A DNA stretch of 64,000 nucleotides from an uncultured Aquiluna sp. (GCA_965655555.1 CBFHGU010000002.1:232006-296005), one strand, 5' to 3'; positions 33,471 to 44,455 are shown, counted from the first letter of the stretch. Notes: generated by a model from the letters alone, not told the origin. Made by a program: numbers and translations.

Positions 33471-34945
33471 GCCTGGACTTTCGTAACCTCCATGGTTGAC
33501 TCAGCTCCAAACCCTAACGTGCTAGGTTCACGCCCTGCCATAACCAACTGAGCGCCGAGCGATGCAATCATTGCTCCATTGTCAGTGCAGAGCGAGAACC
33601 TAGGAATCCTAAGTTCAATGCCGGCTGCTTCACAGCGCTCTCCAGCAACCTCTCGAAGCCTGGCATTGGCGACTACTCCGCCGCCGAGCAAGAGTCGCTT
33701 GACCTCATAGCGTTCGCAGGCATTGATGGCTTTAGAGAGCAACACATCAACCGCTGCCTCTCTAAAGCTTGCCGCAACGTCTGGCTTTGACAGTGGCAGC
33801 CCTTGATCCTCTGCTTTCTCAACGTGCCTAGCGACAGCTGTCTTGAGTCCAGAGAAAGAGAAATCAAAACGGTGTTTCATCATGTCCTTGGGAAGCGAAA
33901 GCCCCCTTGGGAACCGAATCGCTTTCGGATCTCCAGTGGCGGCCAATTTATCAATCTCAGGGCCACCGGGGTATGGAAGACCCAACACTCTGGCTACCTT
34001 GTCAAACGCCTCACCCGCGGCATCGTCAATGGTTTCACCAAGAAGCTCAACGTCATCGAGCAAGTCACGAACCAACAGCAGAGATGTGTGGCCACCAGAA
34101 ACCAGAAGAGCAATCGTTGGCAAAGTGACACTTCCGCTTTCTAAAACGTCTGCCCCAACATGTCCGACCAGATGGTTCACGGCATAAATCGGCTTATCGT
34201 TCGCAATCGCCAGTGCCTTGGCCGCGCCAATCCCAACCATCAGGGCACCGGCAAGCCCTGGTCCATTTGCAACGGCAATCGCATCAATCTGCTTCATCGA
34301 CAGACCCGCCTCTTGGAGAGCTCGCTGAATCGTCGGCTGCATTGCCTCGAGGTGTGCCCGGGCTGCGACCTCCGGCACCACACCACCAAATTTTGCGTGT
34401 TCATCCATTGACGAGTGAAGAGCGTTTGCCAAAAGCCGGTTTCCCTGGACAATTCCGATTCCAGTCTCATCGCAGGTGCTCTCAACTCCGAGAACTATCG
34501 GCTGCCGAATTGCCAGCTTCATCACAAGCGCATCAATGCCCGCCGGACGGTAGTAGTTTTTTCGAACATCTATCTGAACAAACCCGAGTTTCTTATAAAG
34601 CGCAATAGCACTCGTATTATCAGCACGCACGTCAAGAAAAACTGCTTCGGAACCAAAGGCTCTCGCCTTGGCAAGGAGTGCGTCGGCAAGCATCCGACCT
34701 AGGCCTTGGCCCTGCCGAGACTCGGTGATGCCGATGGTCTGAATGTCACTGGCAAAACTATTTGGTATTGAGCTAATTCCCCCATAGCCGATTAGGCCTC
34801 CATCAAATACTCCGAGGTAGTGGGTGAAGGCCCCATTTATTTCACTGGTCATTGAACTTTCAGTCCAAGCCTCGTGACCAAATAGCTCCGGCTCAATTGC
34901 CATAACCGCTTTCAGGTCAGCAATCGACAGCTCTCTTATTTCCAT
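33464..34945 (-). CDS. tsaD: RimI-like GNAT acetyltransferase fused to TsaD (t6A synthesis)
   Basis: Residues 1-142 are RimI-like ([21 protein letters not shown]). Residues ~150-493 are TsaD ([31 protein letters not shown]). There is no stop between the domains. Confidence 0.9.
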   Translation of the reverse strand: MEIRELSIADLKAVMAIEPELFGHEAWTESSMTSEINGAFTHYLGVFDGGLIGYGGISSIPNSFASDIQTIGITESRQGQGLGRMLADALLAKARAFGSEAVFLDVRADNTSAIALYKKLGFVQIDVRKNYYRPAGIDALVMKLAIRQPIVLGVESTCDETGIGIVQGNRLLANALHSSMDEHAKFGGVVPEVAARAHLEAMQPTIQRALQEAGLSMKQIDAIAVANGPGLAGALMVGIGAAKALAIANDKPIYAVNHLVGHVGADVLESGSVTLPTIALLVSGGHTSLLLVRDLLDDVELLGETIDDAAGEAFDKVARVLGLPYPGGPEIDKLAATGDPKAIRFPRGLSLPKDMMKHRFDFSFSGLKTAVARHVEKAEDQGLPLSKPDVAASFREAAVDVLLSKAINACERYEVKRLLLGGGVVANARLREVAGERCEAAGIELRIPRFSLCTDNGAMIASLGAQLVMAGREPSTLGFGAESTMEVTKVQAQ

Positions 34946-35529
34946 TAGCCGCTCACCCGCTTGCCCTTGGATGGCGAAACATCCGGTGACCGCAAATAAA
35001 GGGCAGAGGTGTCACTTAGATCAATTCCGGATGTCAGTGCTGCAATGGCATATTTACCGATTAGCCCGGCATCGCAACTGCCATCGACCTTTAGGAAATC
35101 ACCAAACTCTTCAAGCCTTTCGCTTGTTGACACCGTTGGGGGAATTACTTCACGGCCGTCTTCAAACCCAGCCAAGAACAACTCTTTCCTTTTAGCATCA
35201 GCCACAACCAACACTTTTCCATTCGGGTGCTTCTTCGCCACAGCAATCAGCGTGATCACCCCGACAGCCGGAATGTTCAGTGCAGTTGCCAGGCTGACGC
35301 CTGCTGCGATGCCCACCCTGAGCCCTGTATACGGAGCTGGACCGCGTCCAACGGCCACCATTGTCAAATCTGAGGCTCCGATTCCGGCTTCTTCCAGTGC
35401 TCTGGAAATTGCAAAGCCAATGTTTTCGGCATGGCCGAATTGATCCTCATAGGAAATAAGCGAAACCATCTTCTGGCCTTGAAAGATTGCAGCAGTTGTC
35501 CCGGCCGAGGTGTCAATTGCCAAAATCAA
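34945..35529 (-). CDS. tsaB: t6A biosynthesis protein TsaB
   Basis: [27 protein letters not shown] chose TTG at 35529. Confidence 0.9.
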   Translation of the reverse strand: MILAIDTSAGTTAAIFQGQKMVSLISYEDQFGHAENIGFAISRALEEAGIGASDLTMVAVGRGPAPYTGLRVGIAAGVSLATALNIPAVGVITLIAVAKKHPNGKVLVVADAKRKELFLAGFEDGREVIPPTVSTSERLEEFGDFLKVDGSCDAGLIGKYAIAALTSGIDLSDTSALYLRSPDVSPSKGKRVSG

Positions 35530-35965
35530 GCTGGACCCCTTCCCATCTTTCGCCATGTCCCGCAATTTCAACTACGCGAATGTCCTCCTGGTTTGACCTA
35601 TCGATTGAAACCAGAAGCCAGTTGTCAAAAAGATCGTCTAGGTAGTCCCTGGCCCACTCAACAATCACAATTGAGTTCGCAAAATCAATGTCTAAATCGT
35701 CAAGCTCAACAGCAGAGCTGAGCCTGTAAGCATCGACGTGAACCAAATTAGGCCCCGACTGAGTCTTATGAGTCCGAGCCAGGACGAAAGTCGGAGACTG
35801 AACCGTTCCGCTAGCACCAAGGCCCTCACCAATACCCCTGGTCAAAGTTGTTTTTCCTGCTCCAAGCTCACCGGAGAGCAACACTAAATCCCCAGCTCTT
35901 AGCTGGCCTGCCATCTTTTCACCGAATGACTCCATGAGTTCGGGGGTTTCTATTTCGAATCTCAT
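35513..35965 (-). CDS. tsaE: t6A biosynthesis ATPase TsaE
   Basis: GELGAGKTT, SPTFV, HVDAYRL, VEW. Confidence 0.95.
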   Translation of the reverse strand: MRFEIETPELMESFGEKMAGQLRAGDLVLLSGELGAGKTTLTRGIGEGLGASGTVQSPTFVLARTHKTQSGPNLVHVDAYRLSSAVELDDLDIDFANSIVIVEWARDYLDDLFDNWLLVSIDRSNQEDIRVVEIAGHGERWEGVQLDFGN

Positions 35966-37032
35966 CCCTCTGAGTAGACCCTGTTTGCCCTGCCGCCAAT
36001 CCTGGTGACAATTTCGTAATTGATTGACCCCGATGAACTTCCTAGTCCCTGGGCTGTTGGTTCGCCCTTAGCCTCGTCCCCGAAAACAACAACTTCATCT
36101 CCAAGTTGGATTTTCGCATCTGCAACATCGACCACGAATTGATCCATGGCGATCCTGCCAACAACCGGGTAAAGAGCGTTGCCAATTTTCACTTTTGCAC
36201 CCTCGGAAACCCTCGGCATGCCCTCCGCGTAACCAAACGGGACCAGGGCCAAGGTTGTTGCCTTATCTGACTTATACCTGTAGCCGTAGGAAACACCTTG
36301 ACCTGCCGGGACTCGCTTCAAATTGATCACCCTTGAGGTGACTTTCATTGCAGGAACTAAGTTGACTCCCTCAACCTTTCTATCCTCAAAAGGGTTGAGC
36401 CCGTAGACGGCAAGACCACAGCGAACCATGTCGTATCTCATGGACGGATAACTCAGGGTGCCCGCAGATGCCGCCAGGTGGCGGCAGTCGATAGCAATGC
36501 CAGCTTTTTCAAATTTTGCAAGGGCTTCTTCGAATACCTCAGCCTGCTTGTTGTCCTCGGTATCAGAGGTGTTTGCAAGGTGGCTGAAAACACCCGAAAC
36601 CTTCAAGGAATTGGCCGTGATGTGTTCGATAACTTGATCAAGGTCCTCTGGCATAAAGCCATTTCTCCCAAGGCCAGTATCAACCTTGATGTGAATTGCA
36701 ACACTGCTCGGCACATTTTCCAGTTGCTGCATAGTGGAAATGCCAAGCGTCACATCATTTACAGCCGCCAAAGCCAAGTTGTCATCGGAGTCAAGCAGCC
36801 AGCACATCACGCTTGCTTTGATGCCGGCCTGTCGAAGTGCAATTGCTTCGGTCAGATCAGCAACGCCGATCATGTCGACGCCCTCTTGCTCCAAAGCTTT
36901 GGCGACCTCGAGCATGCCGTGTCCGTAGGCGTTGGCCTTTACTACTGCCATCACCCTTGCAGGAGCAACGAGATTCTTGAGCTCTTTGTAGTTATGCCTG
37001 ATTGCCGAGAGGCTGACGCTGATTTCCCTCAC
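35962..37032 (-). CDS. alr: Alanine racemase
   Basis: AVVKANAYGHG, KVDTGLGRNG, VSYG, GRIAMDQ. Confidence 0.96.
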   Translation of the reverse strand: MREISVSLSAIRHNYKELKNLVAPARVMAVVKANAYGHGMLEVAKALEQEGVDMIGVADLTEAIALRQAGIKASVMCWLLDSDDNLALAAVNDVTLGISTMQQLENVPSSVAIHIKVDTGLGRNGFMPEDLDQVIEHITANSLKVSGVFSHLANTSDTEDNKQAEVFEEALAKFEKAGIAIDCRHLAASAGTLSYPSMRYDMVRCGLAVYGLNPFEDRKVEGVNLVPAMKVTSRVINLKRVPAGQGVSYGYRYKSDKATTLALVPFGYAEGMPRVSEGAKVKIGNALYPVVGRIAMDQFVVDVADAKIQLGDEVVVFGDEAKGEPTAQGLGSSSGSINYEIVTRIGGRANRVYSEG

Positions 37033-37386
37033 CTAGCTGCCCTCCAGAACCACGACCGCTGTTGCAAAGCCATCGTCGTGAGAAATCGACAGGTGGCTGC
37101 TGGTCACCCCGTGGTCTTTGAGTGCCTCCGCACTTGCCCCTGAAACACTTAGGCTCGGCTTGTGATTGCTGTTGGAAACAATCTCTACCTCTTGCCAACG
37201 CAGCAACCTAGGATCCCCCAAGGCTTTTGCAAGAGCTTCTTTGGCAGCAAACCTGCCTGCCAGCGATTCGGATTTCAAGCCAAGCTCACCGGGGGTGAAC
37301 AGTCTTTTTCCCAGGTTTGGCGTGCGCAGCAATGAGTCGGTCAGCCTTTCAACTGAACAAAGATCTATACCAACTCCGATAATCAA
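37033..37386 (-). CDS. acpS: Holo-ACP synthase
   Basis: GVGIDL, AGRFAAKEA, SISHD. Confidence 0.93.
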   Translation of the reverse strand: MIIGVGIDLCSVERLTDSLLRTPNLGKRLFTPGELGLKSESLAGRFAAKEALAKALGDPRLLRWQEVEIVSNSNHKPSLSVSGASAEALKDHGVTSSHLSISHDDGFATAVVVLEGS

Positions 37387-39237
37387 CTACTCAACCGTTA
37401 CGCTCTTTGCCAAATTCCTTGGCTGGTCAACATCAAGCCCCTTCGCGTTAGATAGCTCCATGGCAAAAATCTGAAGTGGAATCACTGTGAGTTGGCCTGC
37501 GAGCAGGGGCATGGTTTCAGGAACGAAGAAAACCTCGTCGGCATAGTCGTTAACTTCAGTATCTCCAACCTCTGCAATTCCAATAACGCTGGCGCCGCGA
37601 GCCTTGATCTCCTGAATGTTTGAGACCACCTTCGAGTGAAGTGAGCCTTCGCCGTTTCTGGAAGGGACAATCACAATTACCGGCTGCCCCTGTTCAACTA
37701 GAGCTATTGGGCCGTGCTTCAGCTCACCGGCTGCAAAGCCTTCGGCGTGAATGTAGGCAAGCTCCTTGAGCTTTAGTGCCCCTTCAAGCGCAATCGGGTA
37801 GGCAATGTTGCGACCCAGGAACAGAACGGATTTTGCATCAGCAAAACCTTTAGCCAAATCCGACATCGAAGAAGCTGTATCTAAAACCTCTTTGATTTTT
37901 CTTGGAAGAGTTAGCAACTCAAGCCCGATTTGCTTGAGCTCCTGCTCGGGCAGTGATCCACGCTGCCAAGCCAAAACGAGTCCAACCAGCTGACCGGCGG
38001 TCACCTGTGCCGTAAAGGCCTTCGTTGAGGCAACTGCCACCTCGGGGCCTGCGTGCGTATAGATAGTGGCGTGGGCCTCCCTGGCCAAAGTTGCACCCTG
38101 GGTATTACAAACAGCCAATACCTTGGCGCCACTTGCAAGTGCATGGCGGACTGCCATCAGAGTATCCATCGTTTCGCCGGACTGACTCATGGCGATAACC
38201 AAAGTGTTCTCGTCGATTACCGGATCCCGATAGCGAAACTCGTGGGCCAGTTCAACAGTCACTGGAATTTTTGCCCATTTTTCGATTGCGTATTTTGCAG
38301 CCTCGGCTGCATAGGCAGCTGTGCCGCAGGCAACGAAAACGATTCGATTGGCTTCAGACAATTTGGCTAGATCTTCCATCTCGGTGAGATTTACAGAGCC
38401 ATCCGAAGCAATTCTCCCCATCAAAGTGTCACCGACAGCCTGTGGCTGGTCGGCGATCTCTTTGGCCATGAACGATGGCCACCCGCCCTTGGATGCTGCA
38501 CTGGCATCCCAACTGACTTCAAACTCCTCGGCCTCGACGCCGTTACCGGCAAAATCTGTAATCTCCACAGAGTCGCGTCTGAGTTCAACAATCTGATCTT
38601 GACCAACCGAGACTGCGCTCTTGGTGTGTTCTACAAAAGCGGCAACATCGGAACCGAGGAAGTTCTCCCCTTCACCGAGGCCGATAACCAAAGGTGAGTT
38701 TCTTCTGGCCGCATAGACAACATCGGGGTGATCCTCATGAACACACAGCAGAGTAAATGCACCCTCGAGGCGGTTCACGACGGCTATGAAGGCCTTTTTT
38801 AGATCCTGAGACTTGTCGTATTCGATTGCAACAAGGTGAGCCACCACTTCACTGTCGGTCTCCGAACTGAAGATGGTCTCTCCAGCCTGGAGTTCCTTTT
38901 TCAAACTGGCAAAGTTTTCGATAATGCCGTTGTGAATAAGGGAAAGCTTGTGGTGAGTTCCACCAATATGGGGGTGAGCGTTTCTGTCGGTTGGAGCACC
39001 GTGAGTTGCCCACCTGGTGTGCCCAATCCCAATGTGAGACTCTTCAATGGGTGAGTCCTGAAGCTCTTGAACCAAGACGCTAACCTTGCCGGCGCGCTTT
39101 CTGGTTTCGAGCTTTAAGGAATTTGAGATAACCGAGATGCCGGCCGAGTCGTAGCCTCGATATTCAAGGCGCTGAAGGCCTGAAATCAAAACGTCTTCGG
39201 CCGCTTTTGGGCCGACGTAGCCAACAATTCCACACAT
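37387..39237 (-). CDS. glmS: Glutamine-fructose-6-phosphate aminotransferase
   Basis: True start MCGIVG at 39237. YRGYDSAG, GHTRWATHG, PRNLAKSVTVE. Confidence 0.97.
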   Translation of the reverse strand: MCGIVGYVGPKAAEDVLISGLQRLEYRGYDSAGISVISNSLKLETRKRAGKVSVLVQELQDSPIEESHIGIGHTRWATHGAPTDRNAHPHIGGTHHKLSLIHNGIIENFASLKKELQAGETIFSSETDSEVVAHLVAIEYDKSQDLKKAFIAVVNRLEGAFTLLCVHEDHPDVVYAARRNSPLVIGLGEGENFLGSDVAAFVEHTKSAVSVGQDQIVELRRDSVEITDFAGNGVEAEEFEVSWDASAASKGGWPSFMAKEIADQPQAVGDTLMGRIASDGSVNLTEMEDLAKLSEANRIVFVACGTAAYAAEAAKYAIEKWAKIPVTVELAHEFRYRDPVIDENTLVIAMSQSGETMDTLMAVRHALASGAKVLAVCNTQGATLAREAHATIYTHAGPEVAVASTKAFTAQVTAGQLVGLVLAWQRGSLPEQELKQIGLELLTLPRKIKEVLDTASSMSDLAKGFADAKSVLFLGRNIAYPIALEGALKLKELAYIHAEGFAAGELKHGPIALVEQGQPVIVIVPSRNGEGSLHSKVVSNIQEIKARGASVIGIAEVGDTEVNDYADEVFFVPETMPLLAGQLTVIPLQIFAMELSNAKGLDVDQPRNLAKSVTVE

Positions 39238-39267
39238 ATCCCCTAATCTACGGCACAATAGGCGCTT

Positions 39268-40215
39268 GTGAGTGCAGCGCAAGGGCCAGAGAGCCTATCG
39301 CCCTATTTGGCGATTGAAAGGCCCGTTTGGGCAGACCTCGGCAACGCCTCAGCCCTACCTCTGACTGAAATTGAAATCGCAAAACTTCGAGGCCTTGGAG
39401 ACTTCCTGGACATCAAAGAAGTCTCCGAGGTTTACCTACCTGTCAGCCGGCTGCTTTCGCTCTATGCCAAGGCAAACCGAGACCTTCACCTTGGAACCGA
39501 AGAGTTTTATGGGCACAGAGCATCTAGGACGCCGTTCATAATCGGGATCGCAGGTTCAGTGGCGGTTGGTAAATCTACTGCAGCGAGATTGCTAAAAGAA
39601 CTGATGAGTCGCTGGGAGGGGACCCCGAGCGTAGAACTGGTAACCACAGATGGTTTTCTATATCCGAACCAAGAGTTAGAACGAAGGGGCTTGCTTTCCA
39701 AAAAAGGCTTTCCTGAAAGCTATGACCGCAAGCGCCTGCTGCAGTTTGTAGCTGACATTAAGTCAGGAATGACCAATGTTAAGGCTCCGGTCTACGACCA
39801 CCTGGCATATGACATTCTTCCGGATGAGTATGCAACCGTCGGGGCGCCTGATGTGTTAATTGTCGAGGGGCTGAATGTTCTTCAACCACCGGCGGTTGGC
39901 CAAGAGGTGGCGCTAAGTGACTACTTTGACTTCAGTATTTATATCGACGCCGAACCAGAGATTATTCGGACCTGGTACTTATCCAGGTTTGAACAGCTAT
40001 TTGAAACCGCTTTTTTGAACCCGAAATCCTATTTCCATAAGCTGACTTCGGAGCTCACCAGAGAGCAAGCCGTGACTAGAGCGGCAGGGTTTTGGAAAGA
40101 CATAAACCTGCCGAACCTAATTCAAAATATTGAGCCAACCAGATCCAGAGCAACCCTGGTCATGCAAAAGGGTGAAGAGCACCGCGTCGAGCGCGTGCAG
40201 GTGAGGAAGATCTAG
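39268..40215 (+). CDS. coaA: Type I pantothenate kinase
   Basis: GSVAVGKST, KKGFPESYD, VEGLNVLQ. Confidence 0.95.
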   Translation: MSAAQGPESLSPYLAIERPVWADLGNASALPLTEIEIAKLRGLGDFLDIKEVSEVYLPVSRLLSLYAKANRDLHLGTEEFYGHRASRTPFIIGIAGSVAVGKSTAARLLKELMSRWEGTPSVELVTTDGFLYPNQELERRGLLSKKGFPESYDRKRLLQFVADIKSGMTNVKAPVYDHLAYDILPDEYATVGAPDVLIVEGLNVLQPPAVGQEVALSDYFDFSIYIDAEPEIIRTWYLSRFEQLFETAFLNPKSYFHKLTSELTREQAVTRAAGFWKDINLPNLIQNIEPTRSRATLVMQKGEEHRVERVQVRKI

Positions 40216-40511
40216 TTCTCGTCCACAAACTTTGTGTCAACACTGACTAGACAGTCCGGCCTTTTCTCGCCGGCAAGCTTCCGCTCACTGGATGCATCGT
40301 AGACGTTCTCAACCTCCAAAAAGTCATCGATTGAACCGTTTACTGAAACCGCCCAGATGAACTCGCTGTTGGCATTATCCAAATACATGAACTCAACCTG
40401 AAACCCAAACTGCTTTCTAATAGGCAGCACCTCGGCGTTGAGCCACCCTCGAAACTCTTCCAACATTCCGGGGGATATTTCATACCTACGCAGTTGAACC
40501 GTCTTAGGCAA
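40212..40511 (-). CDS. Small NIPSNAP-like/dimeric alpha-beta barrel hypothetical protein
   Basis: QLRRYEI...FIW pattern. I chose TTG at 40511, which overlaps the glmM stop. Confidence 0.55.
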   Translation of the reverse strand: MPKTVQLRRYEISPGMLEEFRGWLNAEVLPIRKQFGFQVEFMYLDNANSEFIWAVSVNGSIDDFLEVENVYDASSERKLAGEKRPDCLVSVDTKFVDEN

Positions 40512-41847
40512 TTGAAAGTCGCTTTTCAACCATGCGAGCAATGCGATCGGCCCAGCTTTGTGCTGCTCCTGCCTCAGAAGCCTCCACCATCACGCGCACC
40601 AAAGACTCGGTACCTGACGCCCTCAACAACACACGGCCATTGTCTCCAAGTTCGGCAGTCGCCTCTGCTACCAGAGCTTGCAGTTCCTCATCGTCCACGC
40701 GAGTCTTGTCGACACCTGGAACATTGATCAAAACTTGAGGATAAATAGGCATCTGGCTTGCCAGCTCTGCCAATGACTTGCCGGTTGACATAATCTGCTC
40801 AGCCAGCTGCAAGCCGGTTAATACGCCATCGCCCGTAGTTGCATACTGCGAAAAAATAATGTGGCCAGATTGTTCGCCACCAAGTGAGTAGCCACCCTCC
40901 CGCATTGCTTCAAGCACGTAACGATCACCAACCTGGGTCTCGATCATGTCGATGCCGTGCTCTTTCATGGTGAGCCTCAAGCCGAGGTTTGACATCACAG
41001 TTGCGACGAGCGTGTTTCTAGCAAGGTCGCCGGATTTTTTCATGCCAATGGCAAGAATGGCCATGATTTGGTCACCATCAACAATATGGCCTTCGTGATC
41101 AACCGCCAACGCCCTGTCGGCATCGCCGTCGTGAGCTATGCCAAAATCAGCCTTGTGCTCCAACACCGAAGCCTGCAGGGCACTCAAGTGCGTGGAGCCA
41201 TGACCTGCATTGATGTTCAAGCCATCGGGCTCAGCGCCAATCAAGAAAACAGTTGCGCCTGCATCAGTGAACGCCTGGGGTGAAACAGCACTCGCAGCTC
41301 CATTGGCAGCATCAATTACAACTCGCAGGCCGGTTAGCTTTTGCCGGACGGACCCGAGCAAGTGAACCAAATAGCGATCTTCTGCATCCGCAAACCTGGT
41401 AATCCTGCCAACTTCCGAACCGATTACATTTTCAAAATTACCAAGCCCAGCTTCAATTTGATCTTCTATTGCATCCGGGAGCTTGTGTCCACCGCGTGAA
41501 AAGAACTTAATTCCGTTGTCTGGAGCAGAGTTGTGGCTCGCAGAAATAATCACACCAAAATCAGCACCAAGGTCAGCCGTCAAGTATGCGGCGCCCGGTG
41601 TCGGCAACACTCCTGCGTCATAAACATCGACGCCTGAGGCTGCCAAGCCAGAAGCTATAGCGGCAGAAATGAAGTCGGATGAAATTCTCGGATCATGGGC
41701 AATAACCGCCCTCGGTCTTTCACCATTGTCTCTGGCCTGCTGAGCCAGAACAATCGCGGCGGCTTGCGCTAGCTTCAGAGCAAATTCAGCGGTGATGTCC
41801 CTGCCGGCAGTGCCGCGGACTCCATCGGTGCCAAATAGCCTGGCCAT
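40504..41847 (-). CDS. glmM: Phosphoglucosamine mutase
   Basis: [35 protein letters not shown]. Confidence 0.96.
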   Translation of the reverse strand: MARLFGTDGVRGTAGRDITAEFALKLAQAAAIVLAQQARDNGERPRAVIAHDPRISSDFISAAIASGLAASGVDVYDAGVLPTPGAAYLTADLGADFGVIISASHNSAPDNGIKFFSRGGHKLPDAIEDQIEAGLGNFENVIGSEVGRITRFADAEDRYLVHLLGSVRQKLTGLRVVIDAANGAASAVSPQAFTDAGATVFLIGAEPDGLNINAGHGSTHLSALQASVLEHKADFGIAHDGDADRALAVDHEGHIVDGDQIMAILAIGMKKSGDLARNTLVATVMSNLGLRLTMKEHGIDMIETQVGDRYVLEAMREGGYSLGGEQSGHIIFSQYATTGDGVLTGLQLAEQIMSTGKSLAELASQMPIYPQVLINVPGVDKTRVDDEELQALVAEATAELGDNGRVLLRASGTESLVRVMVEASEAGAAQSWADRIARMVEKRLSIA

Positions 41848-41863
41848 TAAAGAAGGTTGGGGC

Positions 41864-42361
41864 TTAGCGCTTCGAGAACTGTGAGGCCTTGCGGGCCTTC
41901 TTTAGACCGGCCTTCTTTGACTCGATGATACGTGAGTCGCGGCGCAGGAATCCAGCCTTCTTCAAGGTAGCGCGGTTGTTGTCAGTGTCGATCTCGTTTA
42001 GAGCACGTGAGATGCCAAGTCTTAGCGCACCAGCCTGTCCAGCGATTCCGCCACCATCGATGCGCGCGACTACGTCGTATGCACCCTGAAGCTCAAGAAC
42101 CTTGAAAGGGTCGGTGATTAGCTGCTGGTGTAGCTTGTTTGGGAAGTATTCTTCAAACACACGGCTGTTGACAGTGATCTTGCCGGTTCCTGGAACCAGA
42201 CGAACACGTGCAACGGCTTCCTTGCGACGACCAAGTCCAGCACCTGGCTGAGTTAGGTTTCCACGTGAGCGCACGGCCTTTACTGGCTCTGACTCTGTTG
42301 AATATGAAGTAACTTCTGTCTCTACTGCAGTCTCTTCGACTTTGTTTTCTGCCAAGGTCAT
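41864..42361 (-). CDS. rpsI: 30S ribosomal protein S9
   Basis: [25 protein letters not shown]. Confidence 0.98.
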   Translation of the reverse strand: MTLAENKVEETAVETEVTSYSTESEPVKAVRSRGNLTQPGAGLGRRKEAVARVRLVPGTGKITVNSRVFEEYFPNKLHQQLITDPFKVLELQGAYDVVARIDGGGIAGQAGALRLGISRALNEIDTDNNRATLKKAGFLRRDSRIIESKKAGLKKARKASQFSKR

Positions 42362-42366
42362 GGTCC

Positions 42367-42810
42367 TTACTGAGTGATCTGATCGATAACGAAAGGTTTT
42401 GGCTGCTGCGCCTCGTGCGGGTGCTCGCTGCCAACATAAACCTTGAGTTTTGAGAACTGCTGTTCACCGAGAGAGTTCTTTGGAAGCATTCCGCGGATTG
42501 CCTTCTCTACTGCGCGAATGGGGTTTTTTTCCATGAGCTCGGCATAGGTGGTAGCCGTTAGGCCGCCTGGGTAACCGGAGTGACGGTACGCCTTCTTCTG
42601 CGCAAGCTTTGAGCCGGTCAGTGCAACCTTCTCTGCGTTGATGATGATTACGAAGTCACCATTGTCCATGTGGGCAGCAAAGGTTGGCTTGTGCTTCCCA
42701 CGCAACAGGGTTGCTGTGTGTGATGCAAGTCGACCGAGAACAATGTCATTGGCGTCAATGACAAACCACTCGTGGCTCAGCTCGCTGGCCTTTGGCGAAT
42801 AAGTACGCAC
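42367..42810 (-). CDS. rplM: 50S ribosomal protein L13
   Basis: [21 protein letters not shown]. Confidence 0.98.
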   Translation of the reverse strand: MRTYSPKASELSHEWFVIDANDIVLGRLASHTATLLRGKHKPTFAAHMDNGDFVIIINAEKVALTGSKLAQKKAYRHSGYPGGLTATTYAELMEKNPIRAVEKAIRGMLPKNSLGEQQFSKLKVYVGSEHPHEAQQPKPFVIDQITQ

Positions 42811-42920
42811 GCTAAATTACCTCATAATTTCGTTTGTGTGATTCCGCGTTTCTCAGCGGTTTCAAACCTGTCGGCAATGCCGAACCAAGTGGCAAGTCTA
42901 GGGGATTGATAGGGGTTGGG

Positions 42921-43784
42921 TCAAACAGAATTTTCATCGATTTTTCGCATTACCCTGGTCAATTCGGCCTGTTTGGCATATTCGCTCGGATTCGGGTAGT
43001 CGACCGACTCCAAACTGAGTCCTTTTGCCGCGACAACTCTAAACCGATTTCCTCGACTACCGGTTTTCAGTACCCGCTCCAAGTCTGCAATCGTGATCCT
43101 CGAATCCGCCACTGCAACAATTGAACCCACTAAAGCCCTGACCATGTTGTGGCAAAAAGCGTCAGCGTGAATCTCGATGGTGATTAGCCCGTCCGGCTGC
43201 CTAACTGCATGAAGCTCTTTCAGGTTTCTAATGGTGCTGGCACCCTTTCTCGGCTTACAAAACGCAGCAAAATCATGAAGTCCGACCAAGACTGAGGCCG
43301 CCTGATTCAAAACTTCGACATCAAGCATTCTCTTGTATTCCAGGGCGTAGCGAACCAGCCTCGGGTCCTTCTTGTTTTGGGTATCTGCAATCGTGTAGCG
43401 GTAGTGCCTTCCAAGAGCACTAAATCTGGCATCGAAATCCGCACTCACGGGTTCGAACTCGTGAGCAATCACGTCGTCCGGCAACAGGGTGTTTAGACGC
43501 TTTGCATTTAGCGGATCTCGACCAATTCGAACGAGTCGGTCTTCTGGGATGTCAAGGTGGCAAACCTGGTGCTTAGCATGGACTCCGGCGTCGGTCCTTC
43601 CGGCAACCCGCATGGAAAAATCATCGTCACTCTTGCCAAATATCTTCTCAAAGGTCTTTAGAAGCTCGCCTGCCACGGTCCTGTGGTTTGGCTGTTTGGC
43701 CCAACCAACAAAGTCCGTTCCGTCGTAGGCCAGGTCAAGCCGAAAACGAACAAACCCGCCAGTATCACTAGCGGGTTTGTTCAT
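42921..43784 (-). CDS. truA: tRNA pseudouridine(38-40) synthase
   Basis: AYDGTDF, AGRTDAGVHA, FDARFSA, FCHNMVR. Start is ATG at 43784; the ORF-track extension to 44030 is an off-frame read of rplQ. Confidence 0.93.
   Translation of the reverse strand: MNKPASDTGGFVRFRLDLAYDGTDFVGWAKQPNHRTVAGELLKTFEKIFGKSDDDFSMRVAGRTDAGVHAKHQVCHLDIPEDRLVRIGRDPLNAKRLNTLLPDDVIAHEFEPVSADFDARFSALGRHYRYTIADTQNKKDPRLVRYALEYKRMLDVEVLNQAASVLVGLHDFAAFCKPRKGASTIRNLKELHAVRQPDGLITIEIHADAFCHNMVRALVGSIVAVADSRITIADLERVLKTGSRGNRFRVVAAKGLSLESVDYPNPSEYAKQAELTRVMRKIDENSV
43741..43782 (-). terminator. Terminator-like hairpin downstream of rplQ, inside truA codons 1-15
   Basis: GAACAAACCCGCUAG-UGAUA-CUGGCGGGUUUGUUC (15 bp, one GU pair) followed by GUUUUCG. 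Confidence 0.7.
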
Positions 43785-43809
43785 TTGAATACTTCGTTTC
43801 GGTTTTGCT

Positions 43810-44430
43810 TTAGGCCTTAGGCCCTTCAGTTGCTTCGTCGGCGGCAGCTTCCGCCACCTCTTCAACAGCAGCTTCTGGAGCGGCTTCAGCCTCGGCAGCC
43901 GGTGCTTCAGCAGCAGCTTCTTCAGCTGGAGCCCCCACTGGAGCCTCTGCCGCAGCCTCAACTGGAGCGTCAGCCACTTCTTCAACAACCTCTTCCGCAA
44001 CTGGCTCTGCAGCTGCAGTGGTGGCGACATTGTTCACAAGCTTTGGCTTGGTTGTCTTTGGCTTTGGCTCTACCTTTTCAAGAACAAGCTCGATTACCGC
44101 CATAGGAGCGTTGTCGCCCTTACGGTAGCCAAGCTTGGTGATGCGGGTGTAGCCACCCTGGCGGTCTGCAACCAATGGTGCAATCTCAGCGAACAGTTCA
44201 TGAACAATTGACTTGTCCAGAATCTGCTGCATGACCTTGCGCCTTGCTGCCAGGTCACCACGCTTTGCGAATGTTACCAAACGCTCGGCGATTGGACGTA
44301 GGCGCTTTGCCTTGGTCTCGGTGGTAACAATTCGCTTGTGCATGAACAGCGATGTTGCCATGTTGTTGAGCATTAGGCGCTCGTGGGCGGGACCGCCTCC
44401 GAGGCGTGGGCCCTTAGTTGGGGTAGGCAT
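43810..44430 (-). CDS. rplQ: 50S ribosomal protein L17 with acidic C-terminal extension
   Basis: [24 protein letters not shown]. Confidence 0.97.
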   Translation of the reverse strand: MPTPTKGPRLGGGPAHERLMLNNMATSLFMHKRIVTTETKAKRLRPIAERLVTFAKRGDLAARRKVMQQILDKSIVHELFAEIAPLVADRQGGYTRITKLGYRKGDNAPMAVIELVLEKVEPKPKTTKPKLVNNVATTAAAEPVAEEVVEEVADAPVEAAAEAPVGAPAEEAAAEAPAAEAEAAPEAAVEEVAEAAADEATEGPKA

Positions 44431-44455
44431 TAGTTTCTCCTTGCGAGTCTAGGAA

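Noticed and set aside
43785-44030. 82-aa N-terminal extension of truA in the ORF track
   Set aside because: It is an off-frame read of the Ala/Glu-rich rplQ tail. The real start is ATG at 43784.
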